From Candidatus Limnocylindrales bacterium (GTDB lineage: Bacteria > Chloroflexota > Limnocylindria > Limnocylindrales > CSP1-4), in NCBI GenBank assembly GCA_035688805.1, contig DASSMQ010000047.1, positions 9,135-73,134 of the forward strand: a stretch of 64,000 nt of DNA, in the 5' to 3' direction. Position 1 is the first letter of the stretch. Each line of letters begins with the position of its first letter. The notes under the pieces are model-generated. The model had not been told where the DNA came from and did not search any database. It worked only from the letters and a program-made list of their open reading frames with translations. The translations under genes and the position numbers were made by a program. Positions 35,313 through 44,264 of this stretch are shown here, one piece after another.

Positions 35313-36461
35313 ATCGGCTCGCTCGATTCCCTGACCGCGCTCGACCTGCGCGGGTACGCCACCCTCGATGCCTCCTTCGGCCCAGGGCCACAGCTGATCT
35401 GGGGGCCGAACGCGGCCGGCAAGACGTCCCTGCTCGAGGCGATCGTCCTGCTCGGATGGGGTCGATCGCACCGGACCAGCGCGGATGGCGAGCTCATCCG
35501 CTGGGGTCGGGATCTCGCCCGGGTCGAGGGCCAGGTCGGGGCGGACGTGCTCGAGGTGGCGGTCCAGCGCTCCGGCGTCGATGGCAACGGCGGGCGCAAG
35601 CGCATCCGGGTCAACGGCGTCGGTCGTCGCCCGTCGGCACTCGGGCGTTACCTTCGGGTGGTCCTCTTCGCGCCCGAGGAGATGCTCCTCGTCGTCGGAT
35701 CGCCGTCGCTGCGTCGCGCGGCGATCGACAGCCTGGCCGCCGCGCGCAGCCCGGGCTACGCCGATGACCTGGCGACCTACGGCCGGACACTGCAGCAGCG
35801 AAACAGCCTCCTGCGCGCGATCCGCGAGGAGGCCGCGACCCGTGACCAGCTCCGCTTCTGGGACGAGACGTTCCTCGAGACCGGTGGACGGGTCGTCGAT
35901 GCGCGCTTGCGCCTCATGGCGGAGCTCGCCGGTCCGCTCGCGGCGGCGCACCGCGAGATCGCGCCCGACGAGGCCGCCGATGGCGGCCTGACGTTGCGCT
36001 ACGTGACCAACGCCCCAGCGCTGCCCGGGGAGTCGCCGCGGGCCGCCCTGGCCCGCCGCCTCGTTGACACCGCGGAGAAGGAGATCTGGAACGGCTCGAC
36101 GGTGATCGGACCGCATCGCGACGACATCGCATTCGACCTGGCCGGCCGAGACCTGGGCGGTTTCGCGTCCCGGGGCCAGCAGCGGACGGCCATCCTCGCG
36201 TTCAAGCTGGCTGAGTTGGACCTGTTGACCGCGCTCGATGGGCGACCGCCCCTGCTCCTGCTCGACGACGTGTTCAGCGAGCTCGACCCCACACGCCGGG
36301 CCCACCTGGTCCGCAGGATCGCCGAGCTCCCTCAGGCCTTCGTCACGACCACGACGCCCGACGATCTCGACCGGGGCCTGCGAGCCATCGCGACCGGCTG
36401 GGAGGTCCGGGCCGCTGCCGACGGCGCGGCGCTCGGACGGGCCGAGGCGCTCCAGGCATGA
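35313..36461 (+). CDS. recF: DNA replication and repair protein RecF (non-canonical start codon required)
   Basis: In-frame translation upstream of the track ORF reads IGSLDSLTALDLRGYATLDASFGPGPQLIWGPNAAGKTSLLEAI, which includes the RecF N-terminus and Walker A. The frame is closed by TGA at 35286-35288, and no ATG, GTG or TTG occurs before GTG 35547. Candidate starts are ATC 35313, CTG 35331 or CTG 35346. Confidence 0.85.
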   Translation: MGSLDSLTALDLRGYATLDASFGPGPQLIWGPNAAGKTSLLEAIVLLGWGRSHRTSADGELIRWGRDLARVEGQVGADVLEVAVQRSGVDGNGGRKRIRVNGVGRRPSALGRYLRVVLFAPEEMLLVVGSPSLRRAAIDSLAAARSPGYADDLATYGRTLQQRNSLLRAIREEAATRDQLRFWDETFLETGGRVVDARLRLMAELAGPLAAAHREIAPDEAADGGLTLRYVTNAPALPGESPRAALARRLVDTAEKEIWNGSTVIGPHRDDIAFDLAGRDLGGFASRGQQRTAILAFKLAELDLLTALDGRPPLLLLDDVFSELDPTRRAHLVRRIAELPQAFVTTTTPDDLDRGLRAIATGWEVRAAADGAALGRAEALQA

Positions 36462-36790
36462 CCGGGCCGCGGCGTCGCCCGATGCGGCGCATCGGGGAGC
36501 TCATCCCGGATGCCGCCCGCGCGCTCGGCCTCGAGGACGAGCTGCGACTGGCCAGGGCCATCGCTACGTTCCAGGCCATCGTGGCCGAACGGGTGCCGGC
36601 GGCGGTCGGCGCTTGCCGGGTGATCCGACTCGAGGGCTTCGCCATCGACGTCGAGGCGGACGCCCCGATCGTCGCCCAGGAACTGCGCCTGCGATCGAGC
36701 GAACTGCTCATGGCCTTCGCCGCGGCGCCCGGCGGGATGGGCATCCGCGACCTGCGCGTCCGCGTCCGACGCGAAGGTCCCCGCGTATAA
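36458..36790 (+). CDS. dciA: DUF721 protein (DciA-like, putative replicative helicase operator)
   Basis: 110 aa with a 4-nt overlap with recF. Sits in the recF-downstream position that DUF721 genes occupy in actinobacteria. Sequence pattern: IGELIPDAARALGLEDELRLARAIATFQAIV...LRLRSSELL. Confidence 0.65.
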   Translation: MTGPRRRPMRRIGELIPDAARALGLEDELRLARAIATFQAIVAERVPAAVGACRVIRLEGFAIDVEADAPIVAQELRLRSSELLMAFAAAPGGMGIRDLRVRVRREGPRV

Positions 36791-36881
36791 TCCACCGACC
36801 TGCCAGCCATCTCGGGGCGAGTGTCAGCCGACCACGGGGTAGGGACCGTCCCGTCGCCCGTCCACGTATCGAGAGGCCCGC

Positions 36882-39137
36882 ATGGCCGCCCGACTCCAAC
36901 TGAAACTCGGCATCGTCGCCGAACACGACCGCCTGGACGATTCGCCCGACACGCTCGTCGTGGTCGAGCCGAGCGTCGGTTCCGTCGCGCGGTCGAAGGG
37001 CAACCTGTACCTGCTCGTCACGTCACGGACCAGCTCGCGCCACGCCCTCGAAGCGACCCGGCTGGCCGCCGAGACGATCCGCAACGAGTACTACTACGAC
37101 GAATCGGCGGGCATCCGGGTCTGCCTCCAGAAGGCCATCGCCACCGCCAACAAGCGACTCATCCACCAGGCCGACCGGCTCGGCCTCAAGTCACCCAACG
37201 ACAATGGCCCGATCGGGGTCGGGGTGGCGGTCGTGCGCGGCAACGAGATGTACGTGGCCACGGTCGGGCCGTCAGAGGCGTACCTCATCCGCCAGGCCCG
37301 CCTGTCGACGCTGCCGGATCCACACCGTGAGCGCGGGCTGCCGTCGAACGGCCTCGAGCCGGATGTCTGGCGGGGTGAGGTCACGGTCGGCGATTCGCTG
37401 GTCCTGATCTCCCCGAACATCGTCGCCCGCCTGGGTGCCGACGAGCTCAAGGACGCGATGCTGACGCTCCATCCGCAGTCGGCCATGGAGCATCTCCATG
37501 AACGGTTCCGGGCCGCCGAGGGAGCGGGCAGCGACGGCGCCATCGCCTTCGAGGCGACCGAGGTCGCGCCGACGTCGCGCGGTCGGACCCTGGTCCCGGT
37601 GCGGCCCGCCGAACCCCTCGCCGGAGCACCCGACCGGTCGCCCATCCCGCTGGCGGACAACGTCCAGGCCGCGGGCGCCGCCGTGTCGGCCGCTGCCGGC
37701 AGCGCCCGGACGGTGGCCGGCAACGCCGCGCAGGGACTGCTCGGGCGACTGCAGGAACTCCTCCCGCGACGTCGACCGGCGTACCGACGGGTGACCCCGC
37801 TGGCGTCCCGGCGCGAGACCCAGCGCCGAGCGGCCATCGCGCTCATCGCCTTGCTCGTCGTGGTCGGCGGCCTGGCCATGTCGGTATGGGCCTTCGGTGG
37901 CCAGCGGCAGCAGCAGGCGATCGGATCGGTCAATGCCGGCCGCGACGCGATCGAGCGGGCCAAGGCGGACCTCGCCCAGGTGAGCGGCCCCGGCATCGAC
38001 CTCATCGACTCGGATCGGAACGAGGCGCTGCGACTCCTGACCGACGCCTACCAGCAGCTGACGACCGCGACCGCGGCGCACATCAGCGACCGGGAGATCG
38101 AACCGGTCCGGACGGGGGTGGTGGCCGGCCTGGACCGGATCTACGGCGTCGTGGAGGTCGCCTCGAGCACGCTCCTCCAGCTGAAGCCGGCGAAGGGCCA
38201 GCCTCCCTACGACCTCGGCGCGGTCGTCCGCGGCCCGGACGACGCACCGTACGTGCTCGACCGAGCGTCCAAGTCGGTCATCCGGCTTGACCTGAAGCGC
38301 AAACGTGCCACCGTCATCCTGCGCGCGGGTCGGGCCATCGGCACCCCCCGGTTCCTTGCCGTCGGCGGCCGCGACCTGCTCGTCCTGGACAACAAGAACG
38401 CGCTGTGGCGCTGGCGCCCATCGAACGATGCCGGCAAGGGCACGACCAACCGGGTCAACGTCAATGGCGCCTCGCAGTGGGGCAACGACATCACCGCCAT
38501 CGGGACGTACCTGCGTGACCAGACGCGTGGCCTCTACAACCTGTACGTGGTCGATCCGTCGGAGCAACAGATCCGCCATTACCCGCCGGCCAACGATGGG
38601 AGCGGCTTCCCGGCGAAGGCGTCCGCCTGGCTGTCGACCGCGCGAGCCGTCGACACGATGACCTCGCTCTACATCGACGGCGACATGTACGTCATCGAGG
38701 GTGGCGCACTCGACCGGTTCACGTCCGGCAAGAGCGACGCCTGGCAGGCGACGGACCCCGGCGACGAGCTGCTGCGGCCCTCCCCGAACGCCCTGCTGGT
38801 GGCAGGGGCGGGGGACCGCAACAAGGGTCAGGTCTACACCTACGACCGGGCCAACGCCCGGATCCTCGCCTACGACAAGGCGAGCGGCCACTTCGTGAAC
38901 CAGTATCGACTGGCCGACGGTGACGGGTGGTCGGACCTGCGCGGGTTCTACGTCATCGCCGGGGTCGACCTGGCGCCCGCCACCCTGGTCTGGATCTCCA
39001 AGGACGCCGTGAACCAGGCCGTCCTCGAGGCCGTACCCGGGCCGGTGCCTGGGGCGTCTGGCTCGCCGACGCCGAGCGGCGCGGTCGCACCGAGCGGCTC
39101 GGTCCCGCCGTCGACGGCACCATCCGCCGCGCCGTAG
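36882..39137 (+). CDS. Bitopic membrane protein with an N-terminal PP2C-fold domain lacking catalytic Asp residues and a large extracytoplasmic domain
   Basis: Residues 1 to about 235 align by eye with PP2C phosphatases, for example VAVVRGNEMYVATVGPSEAYLIR against GDSRxYL and VGDSLVLISPNIV against GDxLLLCSDGL. There is one TM segment (AAIALIALLVVVGGLAMSVWAF), then about 400 aa of probable beta-rich ectodomain. Confidence 0.55.
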   Translation: MAARLQLKLGIVAEHDRLDDSPDTLVVVEPSVGSVARSKGNLYLLVTSRTSSRHALEATRLAAETIRNEYYYDESAGIRVCLQKAIATANKRLIHQADRLGLKSPNDNGPIGVGVAVVRGNEMYVATVGPSEAYLIRQARLSTLPDPHRERGLPSNGLEPDVWRGEVTVGDSLVLISPNIVARLGADELKDAMLTLHPQSAMEHLHERFRAAEGAGSDGAIAFEATEVAPTSRGRTLVPVRPAEPLAGAPDRSPIPLADNVQAAGAAVSAAAGSARTVAGNAAQGLLGRLQELLPRRRPAYRRVTPLASRRETQRRAAIALIALLVVVGGLAMSVWAFGGQRQQQAIGSVNAGRDAIERAKADLAQVSGPGIDLIDSDRNEALRLLTDAYQQLTTATAAHISDREIEPVRTGVVAGLDRIYGVVEVASSTLLQLKPAKGQPPYDLGAVVRGPDDAPYVLDRASKSVIRLDLKRKRATVILRAGRAIGTPRFLAVGGRDLLVLDNKNALWRWRPSNDAGKGTTNRVNVNGASQWGNDITAIGTYLRDQTRGLYNLYVVDPSEQQIRHYPPANDGSGFPAKASAWLSTARAVDTMTSLYIDGDMYVIEGGALDRFTSGKSDAWQATDPGDELLRPSPNALLVAGAGDRNKGQVYTYDRANARILAYDKASGHFVNQYRLADGDGWSDLRGFYVIAGVDLAPATLVWISKDAVNQAVLEAVPGPVPGASGSPTPSGAVAPSGSVPPSTAPSAAP

Positions 39138-39153
39138 CGGGTCGAGGCCTGGC

Positions 39154-39873
39154 GTGATCCCCCTCCGCGACGCGAACCCGACGTCGCGGACGCCCGTCGT
39201 CACCCTCAGCCTGATCGCGGCCTGCGTCGCGGTCTTCGCCTACCAGCTGAGCCTCACCGCGAACGGCGGGGAGGACGCGCTCGGCCGGTTCGTGGCGCGC
39301 TGGGGGATCGTGCCGGTCGAGCTCGTCCGCGCGCTATCCGCCGGACAGGTCGTGTCGCAGGAGGCGTTGACCCTCGTGACGAGCCAGTTCCTTCATGGCG
39401 GCTGGCTGCATATCGCGGGCAACATGCTGTTCCTGTGGATCTTCGGCAACAACGTCGAAGATCGCTTCGGGCGGGCTGCGTTCCTCGCCTTCTATCTCGT
39501 CGGCGGGATCCTGGCTGGGCTCAGCCAGGTGGCGATCGGTCCCGACTCGCAGATCCCGACCATCGGTGCGTCGGGAGCGATCGCGGCGACCCTGGGGGCG
39601 TACCTCGTGCTGTTCCCCGGGGCCCGCGTGACCACGGCGGTGTTCCTGGTCTTCTTCTACCAGTTGATCGACGTGCCTGCGGTCATCGTCCTGGCCTTCT
39701 GGTTCGTCCTCCAGCTGCTCGACGGCCTGGCGTCGCTCGGGGTCAGTGCCACGACGGCCTCCGGCGGGGTGGCGATCTTCGCCCACATCGGCGGGTTCGT
39801 GTTCGGCGCCGTGGTCGCGCTCCTGGTGCGCGGCTTCGGCGGCAGCCGTTCGGCCGGTCGCCGCGTGGGATAA
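39154..39873 (+). CDS. Rhomboid-family intramembrane serine protease
   Basis: FLHGGWLHIAGNMLFLWIFG, the catalytic Ser in GASGAIAATLGAY and the catalytic His in AHIGGFVFG. Confidence 0.85.
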   Translation: MIPLRDANPTSRTPVVTLSLIAACVAVFAYQLSLTANGGEDALGRFVARWGIVPVELVRALSAGQVVSQEALTLVTSQFLHGGWLHIAGNMLFLWIFGNNVEDRFGRAAFLAFYLVGGILAGLSQVAIGPDSQIPTIGASGAIAATLGAYLVLFPGARVTTAVFLVFFYQLIDVPAVIVLAFWFVLQLLDGLASLGVSATTASGGVAIFAHIGGFVFGAVVALLVRGFGGSRSAGRRVG

Positions 39874-39880
39874 TCCGACG

Positions 39881-40438
39881 ATGGTCGACGACGGGCTGGT
39901 CGAGATGGTCGTCGAGAGCGTCCGGGTCCACATGCTCTCGAGCCGCCATGTGGTCATCCTGAAAGAGGCGGGTCGGGAGCGATACCTGCCGATCTGGATC
40001 GGGCCCTGGGAAGCGAGCGCCATCGCGATGCGTCTGCAGGGCCTCACACCGGAACGGCCCCTGACCCACGACCTGTTCGCCAGCACGCTCGAGGCGGTCG
40101 AGGCGCGCGTGGCCCGGGTGATCATCTCCGACCTGTCCGAGGAGACCTTCCACGCACGGCTGTTCGTCGAGCGGGACGGTCATGTCGGTGAGGTGGATGC
40201 TCGGCCATCGGATGCACTGGCGCTGGCGGTCCGGGTCGGCGCGCCGATCTTCGCTGTCCCGTCGGTGCTCGACCAGGCGGCCCTCGGCGCCGATGGCGGG
40301 CTTGGTGAGGAAGGCGACGAGACCGGGGCGATGCTCGAATCGACCGGTGAGCAGATCGTCGACCCGAGGCTCGACGTCTTCCGCGATTTCGTGAACTCGC
40401 TCGACGTGGATCCCGACGCGGAGGACCGGCAGAGCTAG
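39881..40438 (+). CDS. Bifunctional nuclease family protein (DUF151/BFN)
   Basis: The ATG at 39881 gives MVDDGLVEMVVESVRVHMLSSRHVVILKEAGRERYLPIWIGPWEASAIAMRLQG...RPLTHDL...ARPSDALALAVRVGAPIF, a typical BFN core. Confidence 0.75.
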   Translation: MVDDGLVEMVVESVRVHMLSSRHVVILKEAGRERYLPIWIGPWEASAIAMRLQGLTPERPLTHDLFASTLEAVEARVARVIISDLSEETFHARLFVERDGHVGEVDARPSDALALAVRVGAPIFAVPSVLDQAALGADGGLGEEGDETGAMLESTGEQIVDPRLDVFRDFVNSLDVDPDAEDRQS

Positions 40439-41241
40439 CGGGCGTCGGCCCCCGCGCTGTCGTCGTTCGACGCGCGACCGACGATCGGCCCGCCACGCGT
40501 CAGGGCCCGGCTGCGGTCGATCCACATCGCCAGTCGCAGCCGCCAGAAGTCCCGGACGGCCCGAGCGATCACCCGGGGCTTCGCGCCAGTGGGCGAGCCT
40601 GCCGTCCGCGGATAGTGCGGCACGCCGACCTCGGCGAGGCGCCGGCCGGCAGCGGTCGCCTTGATCAACAGCTCGGCGGAGAAGAACGCCCCCCCGGACT
40701 CGACCCGGATGCCGTCGAGCGCGGCCCGTCGGAAGAGCTTGCAGGCGCAGTCGACGTCGGTGATGGTCAGGCCGTAGAAGATCCGGTTGGCCAGCCGATA
40801 AGCGCGGGCATACAGGGTCCGAACGAGTGGATCCGCACGGCGGATGCGGTACCCCACGACGATGTCCGGGGCGTCGGCGCGGGCCGCTCGCTCGGTCAAC
40901 CGGGAGATGTCCTCCACCCGGAACTGGCGATCTCCGTCGGTGAACGCGACGAGATCGTAGCGGGCCGCGGCGAAGCCCGACCGCAGCGCGGCACCGTAGC
41001 CGAGATTGGTCGGATGGTGGACGGCCCGGACGATGCCGGGATGGCGGGCGGTGAGCTCGTCGGCCAGCGCCTGCGTCCGATCGCGCGAGCCGTCGTTGAC
41101 CGCGATGATCTCGAAGACGTCGGCGATGGCCGGCAGGCTCTCCAGCGCTTCCGCGACGAGGCCCTCGATGTTGGCCTCCTCGTTGTGGGCCGGGAAGAAG
41201 TACGACAGGCGCGGGACCCGCGCCACCGACACCTCGGTCAC
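40435..41241 (-). CDS. GT2 glycosyltransferase, polyprenyl-phosphate sugar (mannose/glucose) synthase-like
   Basis: LSYFFPAHNEEANIEGLV, IIAVNDGSRDRT, FTDGDRQF and YRIRRAD. Resembles the Ppm1/DPM1/GtrB family. Confidence 0.8.
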   Translation of the reverse strand: MTEVSVARVPRLSYFFPAHNEEANIEGLVAEALESLPAIADVFEIIAVNDGSRDRTQALADELTARHPGIVRAVHHPTNLGYGAALRSGFAAARYDLVAFTDGDRQFRVEDISRLTERAARADAPDIVVGYRIRRADPLVRTLYARAYRLANRIFYGLTITDVDCACKLFRRAALDGIRVESGGAFFSAELLIKATAAGRRLAEVGVPHYPRTAGSPTGAKPRVIARAVRDFWRLRLAMWIDRSRALTRGGPIVGRASNDDSAGADAR

Positions 41242-42800
41242 GGGCTCGTGACCCGCGGCCCGAGCACGCGAGCCAGCAGGCTGACCCCCGGGACGGGCTG
41301 GTATTCGAGTCGATACCGCTCGGTGAGGTCGGCGATCTCGGCCGGATCGGCCCGGATCACATATACGGGGCGGCGTGGCAGATTGGCATCGATCACGTGG
41401 TGCAGGTCTCCAAGATCGCGGTCGAGGCGGGTCCGGTCATCGATGATATCGATGTCGGGACGCTCACCGGCGACCGACTGCGCGTACCACATGGCCGTGG
41501 AGTAGCTCCACCAGCTCACGACCATCGCGCCGGGCGCCATCACCTCGAACGCGGCGTCGACCCAGCGCTGGGCAGCGCGGTCCTGGCTCCGGTCCACGAC
41601 GGCGAACCGGGGCACGAGATCGGTCAGGGTCGGCACCAGCAGCACGACGCCGAGCAATGCGACCGTCAGCTGGCTCGGGGCGCGGTGCCGAAGGCTGTCG
41701 CCGCCACGGCCCAGGCCTCCGAGGGCCCGCGCGATCCCCGCCGCCAGCATCGCCAGCCAGGTCCACGCAAGCAGCACCGGCACCGCGTAGTACCGCTCGA
41801 TGTCGCCATTGATGTACGAGGCCGCGAAGAAGCAGGTCAGCGCGACCGCGCTGCCGGACAGGAGCGCGTAGCGAGGTCGCATCGCCACGGTCGCCACGAA
41901 GCCCGCCGGGATGAGGATGGCGAGCGCCCCGAACTCGGCCGAGGTCAGGTCGATCAGCGCACCCATCTTGCGGGCCAGGTCGCTGAACGGCCCGACCAGG
42001 TCAGCGCGGAACTGCTCCGCGAGCACCACGTACCAGAAGCCGTCCCAGGTGTCGGGTCGCCCGTAGACGAGCGGCGCCCGGAACGGGCCGGCGCGGAGCG
42101 GTAACTCGAGGAACACGAGGACGATCGTCACGGCGAGCACGAGGCACGCGGTGGCGATCAGACGGGGACGGCGCAGGATGCCCGGATCGACGGCCAGCAC
42201 GAACAGGCCCACCGGCGCCGCCAGGAGCAGCGTCAATGAGTGATTACCGACGGAGATCCCGTAGACGACGGTCGCGAGGATGAGGAGCCGATCGGCCCGC
42301 CCCGCCGATCGGTCGGGGTCCACGTAGCCGTATCCGCGTTGCTGGCGGCGGGCCGCGGCCTCCCAGGCAACAAGCAGCCGCACCAGCAGCGCGACCAGCA
42401 CCAGGTGCAGGGTATGCGCCTCGGCGTGGGTGCCGAGCTGCCAGACGATGGTCGTCAGAGCCAGACCAAGGCCCGCCGCGACCCCCAGCGCGGTCGATCG
42501 GGTCAGCGCACGCCCGAGATCGACCGTGATGGCGGCGGCGACCGCGAGACAGATCGCCGCGAACAGATTCATCCGGAACGCGGGCTCGCCGAACGGGCTG
42601 AGCAGGAGATTGGCGACGAAGCCCAGGAGGACGTACGTCGGGTAGCCCGTCGAGTGGGCCGTACCCAGCAGCGGGGCGACCGCCTGGAGCTCGCCCGTGT
42701 CCCAGAACGCGGGGCCTGGCAAGAGGGCGAGGCGGTTCGCTGCGAGGCTGATGACCCCCACGACGACCGGCGCCAGCCTCCGCACGAACCCCGTCACCAT
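41238..42800 (-). CDS. DUF2723/TMEM260-like GT-C membrane glycosyltransferase
   Basis: N-terminal signature FWDTGELQAVAPLLGTAHSTGYPTYVLLG followed by many TM helices. Overlaps the GT2 gene by 4 nt. Confidence 0.7.
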   Translation of the reverse strand: MVTGFVRRLAPVVVGVISLAANRLALLPGPAFWDTGELQAVAPLLGTAHSTGYPTYVLLGFVANLLLSPFGEPAFRMNLFAAICLAVAAAITVDLGRALTRSTALGVAAGLGLALTTIVWQLGTHAEAHTLHLVLVALLVRLLVAWEAAARRQQRGYGYVDPDRSAGRADRLLILATVVYGISVGNHSLTLLLAAPVGLFVLAVDPGILRRPRLIATACLVLAVTIVLVFLELPLRAGPFRAPLVYGRPDTWDGFWYVVLAEQFRADLVGPFSDLARKMGALIDLTSAEFGALAILIPAGFVATVAMRPRYALLSGSAVALTCFFAASYINGDIERYYAVPVLLAWTWLAMLAAGIARALGGLGRGGDSLRHRAPSQLTVALLGVVLLVPTLTDLVPRFAVVDRSQDRAAQRWVDAAFEVMAPGAMVVSWWSYSTAMWYAQSVAGERPDIDIIDDRTRLDRDLGDLHHVIDANLPRRPVYVIRADPAEIADLTERYRLEYQPVPGVSLLARVLGPRVTSP

Positions 42801-44233
42801 CCGAGGATCCGGCTCCAGGCGATGCCCCAGGCGTTGATCGCGACCGACAAGCCGATCAACGCGACCGTCAGCCCCATATGGAGGCGGTGTTCTGGTCGCC
42901 CACCGTCATCGCGGGTCGTCCACTGGTCGATGCCCAGGGCGACGAGGACCAGCGCGAACGGGATGACGTCGTTGCTGAACCGGTAGCCGAACTGGACCCA
43001 ACCCTGGCTGAAATGGGCGAGGTTCACCAGCGAGACGAGGACGATCGCGGATGCGGCGGCCGCGACGAGCCGGCGGCGCCGCCGAGTCGTGACCGCCGGG
43101 ATCATGAGCAGGAACGCCGGGCTCGTCAGCAGCACGCTCATCCCGATATCGCGGGGAACGGCGAGCGGGCAGTCGAGGTCGAACAGGCCGCGGCCGGCGC
43201 CGGGCGCGGTGCACAGGGGCGTGTCCATCGTGCCGAGCGTATCGCGCAGATGGTCGGGCAGGATCTCCGGTGCGCTCGCCAGCATGATCGCCAGGTTCTG
43301 CGGCACGTACCGTGGATCCTCCGCGGCCCAATCCGTTCGGTACCCGAGGGCGTGATAGGCCCGGGCCTCGAGCTGGTAGAGGTGGTCGTAGGCCGGGTGG
43401 AACACCTGGCCGGTGGTCGCGACGTTGTACGCGAGCAGGGCGGCCACCGGGATGGCAGCGCCGATCAGCACCGATCCGCGCCACGCTCCGCGCCCCAGCC
43501 TCGGTCCGACCAGCAGGAAGAACGGTACGGCCAGGATCACGGTCAGGCGGGCCGTGGCGGCCAGCCCGATCAGCAACCCCGCCGCGAGACCGCGACGATC
43601 GACCCGCCGCCCCGGCCCATGGCCCCGCTCACCCGCCGGCGCCAACGCAAGCCCTGTCGCCGCCAGGCTGAGCCCGACCGCGACGATGTGCGCCTGATAC
43701 CAGGTCGTCGCGACCTCGGCGGCGTACCAGAAGACCGTGCCGAACGCGAAGAAGATCGTGGTCAGCAGCCGGGTCCGGCCCGACACTCGGAGGCGGCCGA
43801 GCATCCACCAGCACAGGGCGACGTCGCTGCCGGCGATGAGGGTGAACACCAGCTGGTCGTCGACGGTCATGCCGAACACCGCCACGAACGGCACCAGCAC
43901 GATGGCGGGCAGCGGCGGGAACGGGATCAGGGCGCGCGACACCCCGTCGGGCGATGCGATCGGAAGGACGTCCTGGAAGAACCAGTTCCCGGGTCGGTCG
44001 GCACTCGCGAGGACGGGGTAGCGGATCCCAGCCTGGCCCTCGAGGAAGGCCGCCGCCTGCCACACGAAATGGTCGTAGAACCGCTCGACCTGGATCGCGC
44101 GATCGACCACGACCACCAGGAGCGCCAGTGCCAGCCCCAGCGCGATGCTCGCCCACGGCTTGCCGGGGGCGTCGCCCTCGCCCGGTCCGGGCCAGGGGTC
44201 GCGGGACGGACCCTGTGCTACGCTCCGGTCCAC
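42794..44233 (-). CDS. Polytopic membrane protein, probable GT-C (ArnT/PMT-like) glycosyltransferase
   Basis: 479 aa with about 11 hydrophobic segments and a first loop containing acidic residues (FFQDVLP...PFPPLP). Overlaps the DUF2723 gene by 7 nt. Family assignment is tentative. Confidence 0.45.
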   Translation of the reverse strand: MDRSVAQGPSRDPWPGPGEGDAPGKPWASIALGLALALLVVVVDRAIQVERFYDHFVWQAAAFLEGQAGIRYPVLASADRPGNWFFQDVLPIASPDGVSRALIPFPPLPAIVLVPFVAVFGMTVDDQLVFTLIAGSDVALCWWMLGRLRVSGRTRLLTTIFFAFGTVFWYAAEVATTWYQAHIVAVGLSLAATGLALAPAGERGHGPGRRVDRRGLAAGLLIGLAATARLTVILAVPFFLLVGPRLGRGAWRGSVLIGAAIPVAALLAYNVATTGQVFHPAYDHLYQLEARAYHALGYRTDWAAEDPRYVPQNLAIMLASAPEILPDHLRDTLGTMDTPLCTAPGAGRGLFDLDCPLAVPRDIGMSVLLTSPAFLLMIPAVTTRRRRRLVAAAASAIVLVSLVNLAHFSQGWVQFGYRFSNDVIPFALVLVALGIDQWTTRDDGGRPEHRLHMGLTVALIGLSVAINAWGIAWSRILGW

Positions 44234-44264
44234 CTTCCACGCTCATGCAGGAGCCGTCTCCCTG

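Noticed and set aside
44145-44264. 89-nt head-to-head overlap of the divergent GT-C genes implied by the longest ORFs
   Set aside because: This is more likely a start-codon over-extension. An in-frame GTG at 44265 removes the overlap. The exact starts remain uncertain.
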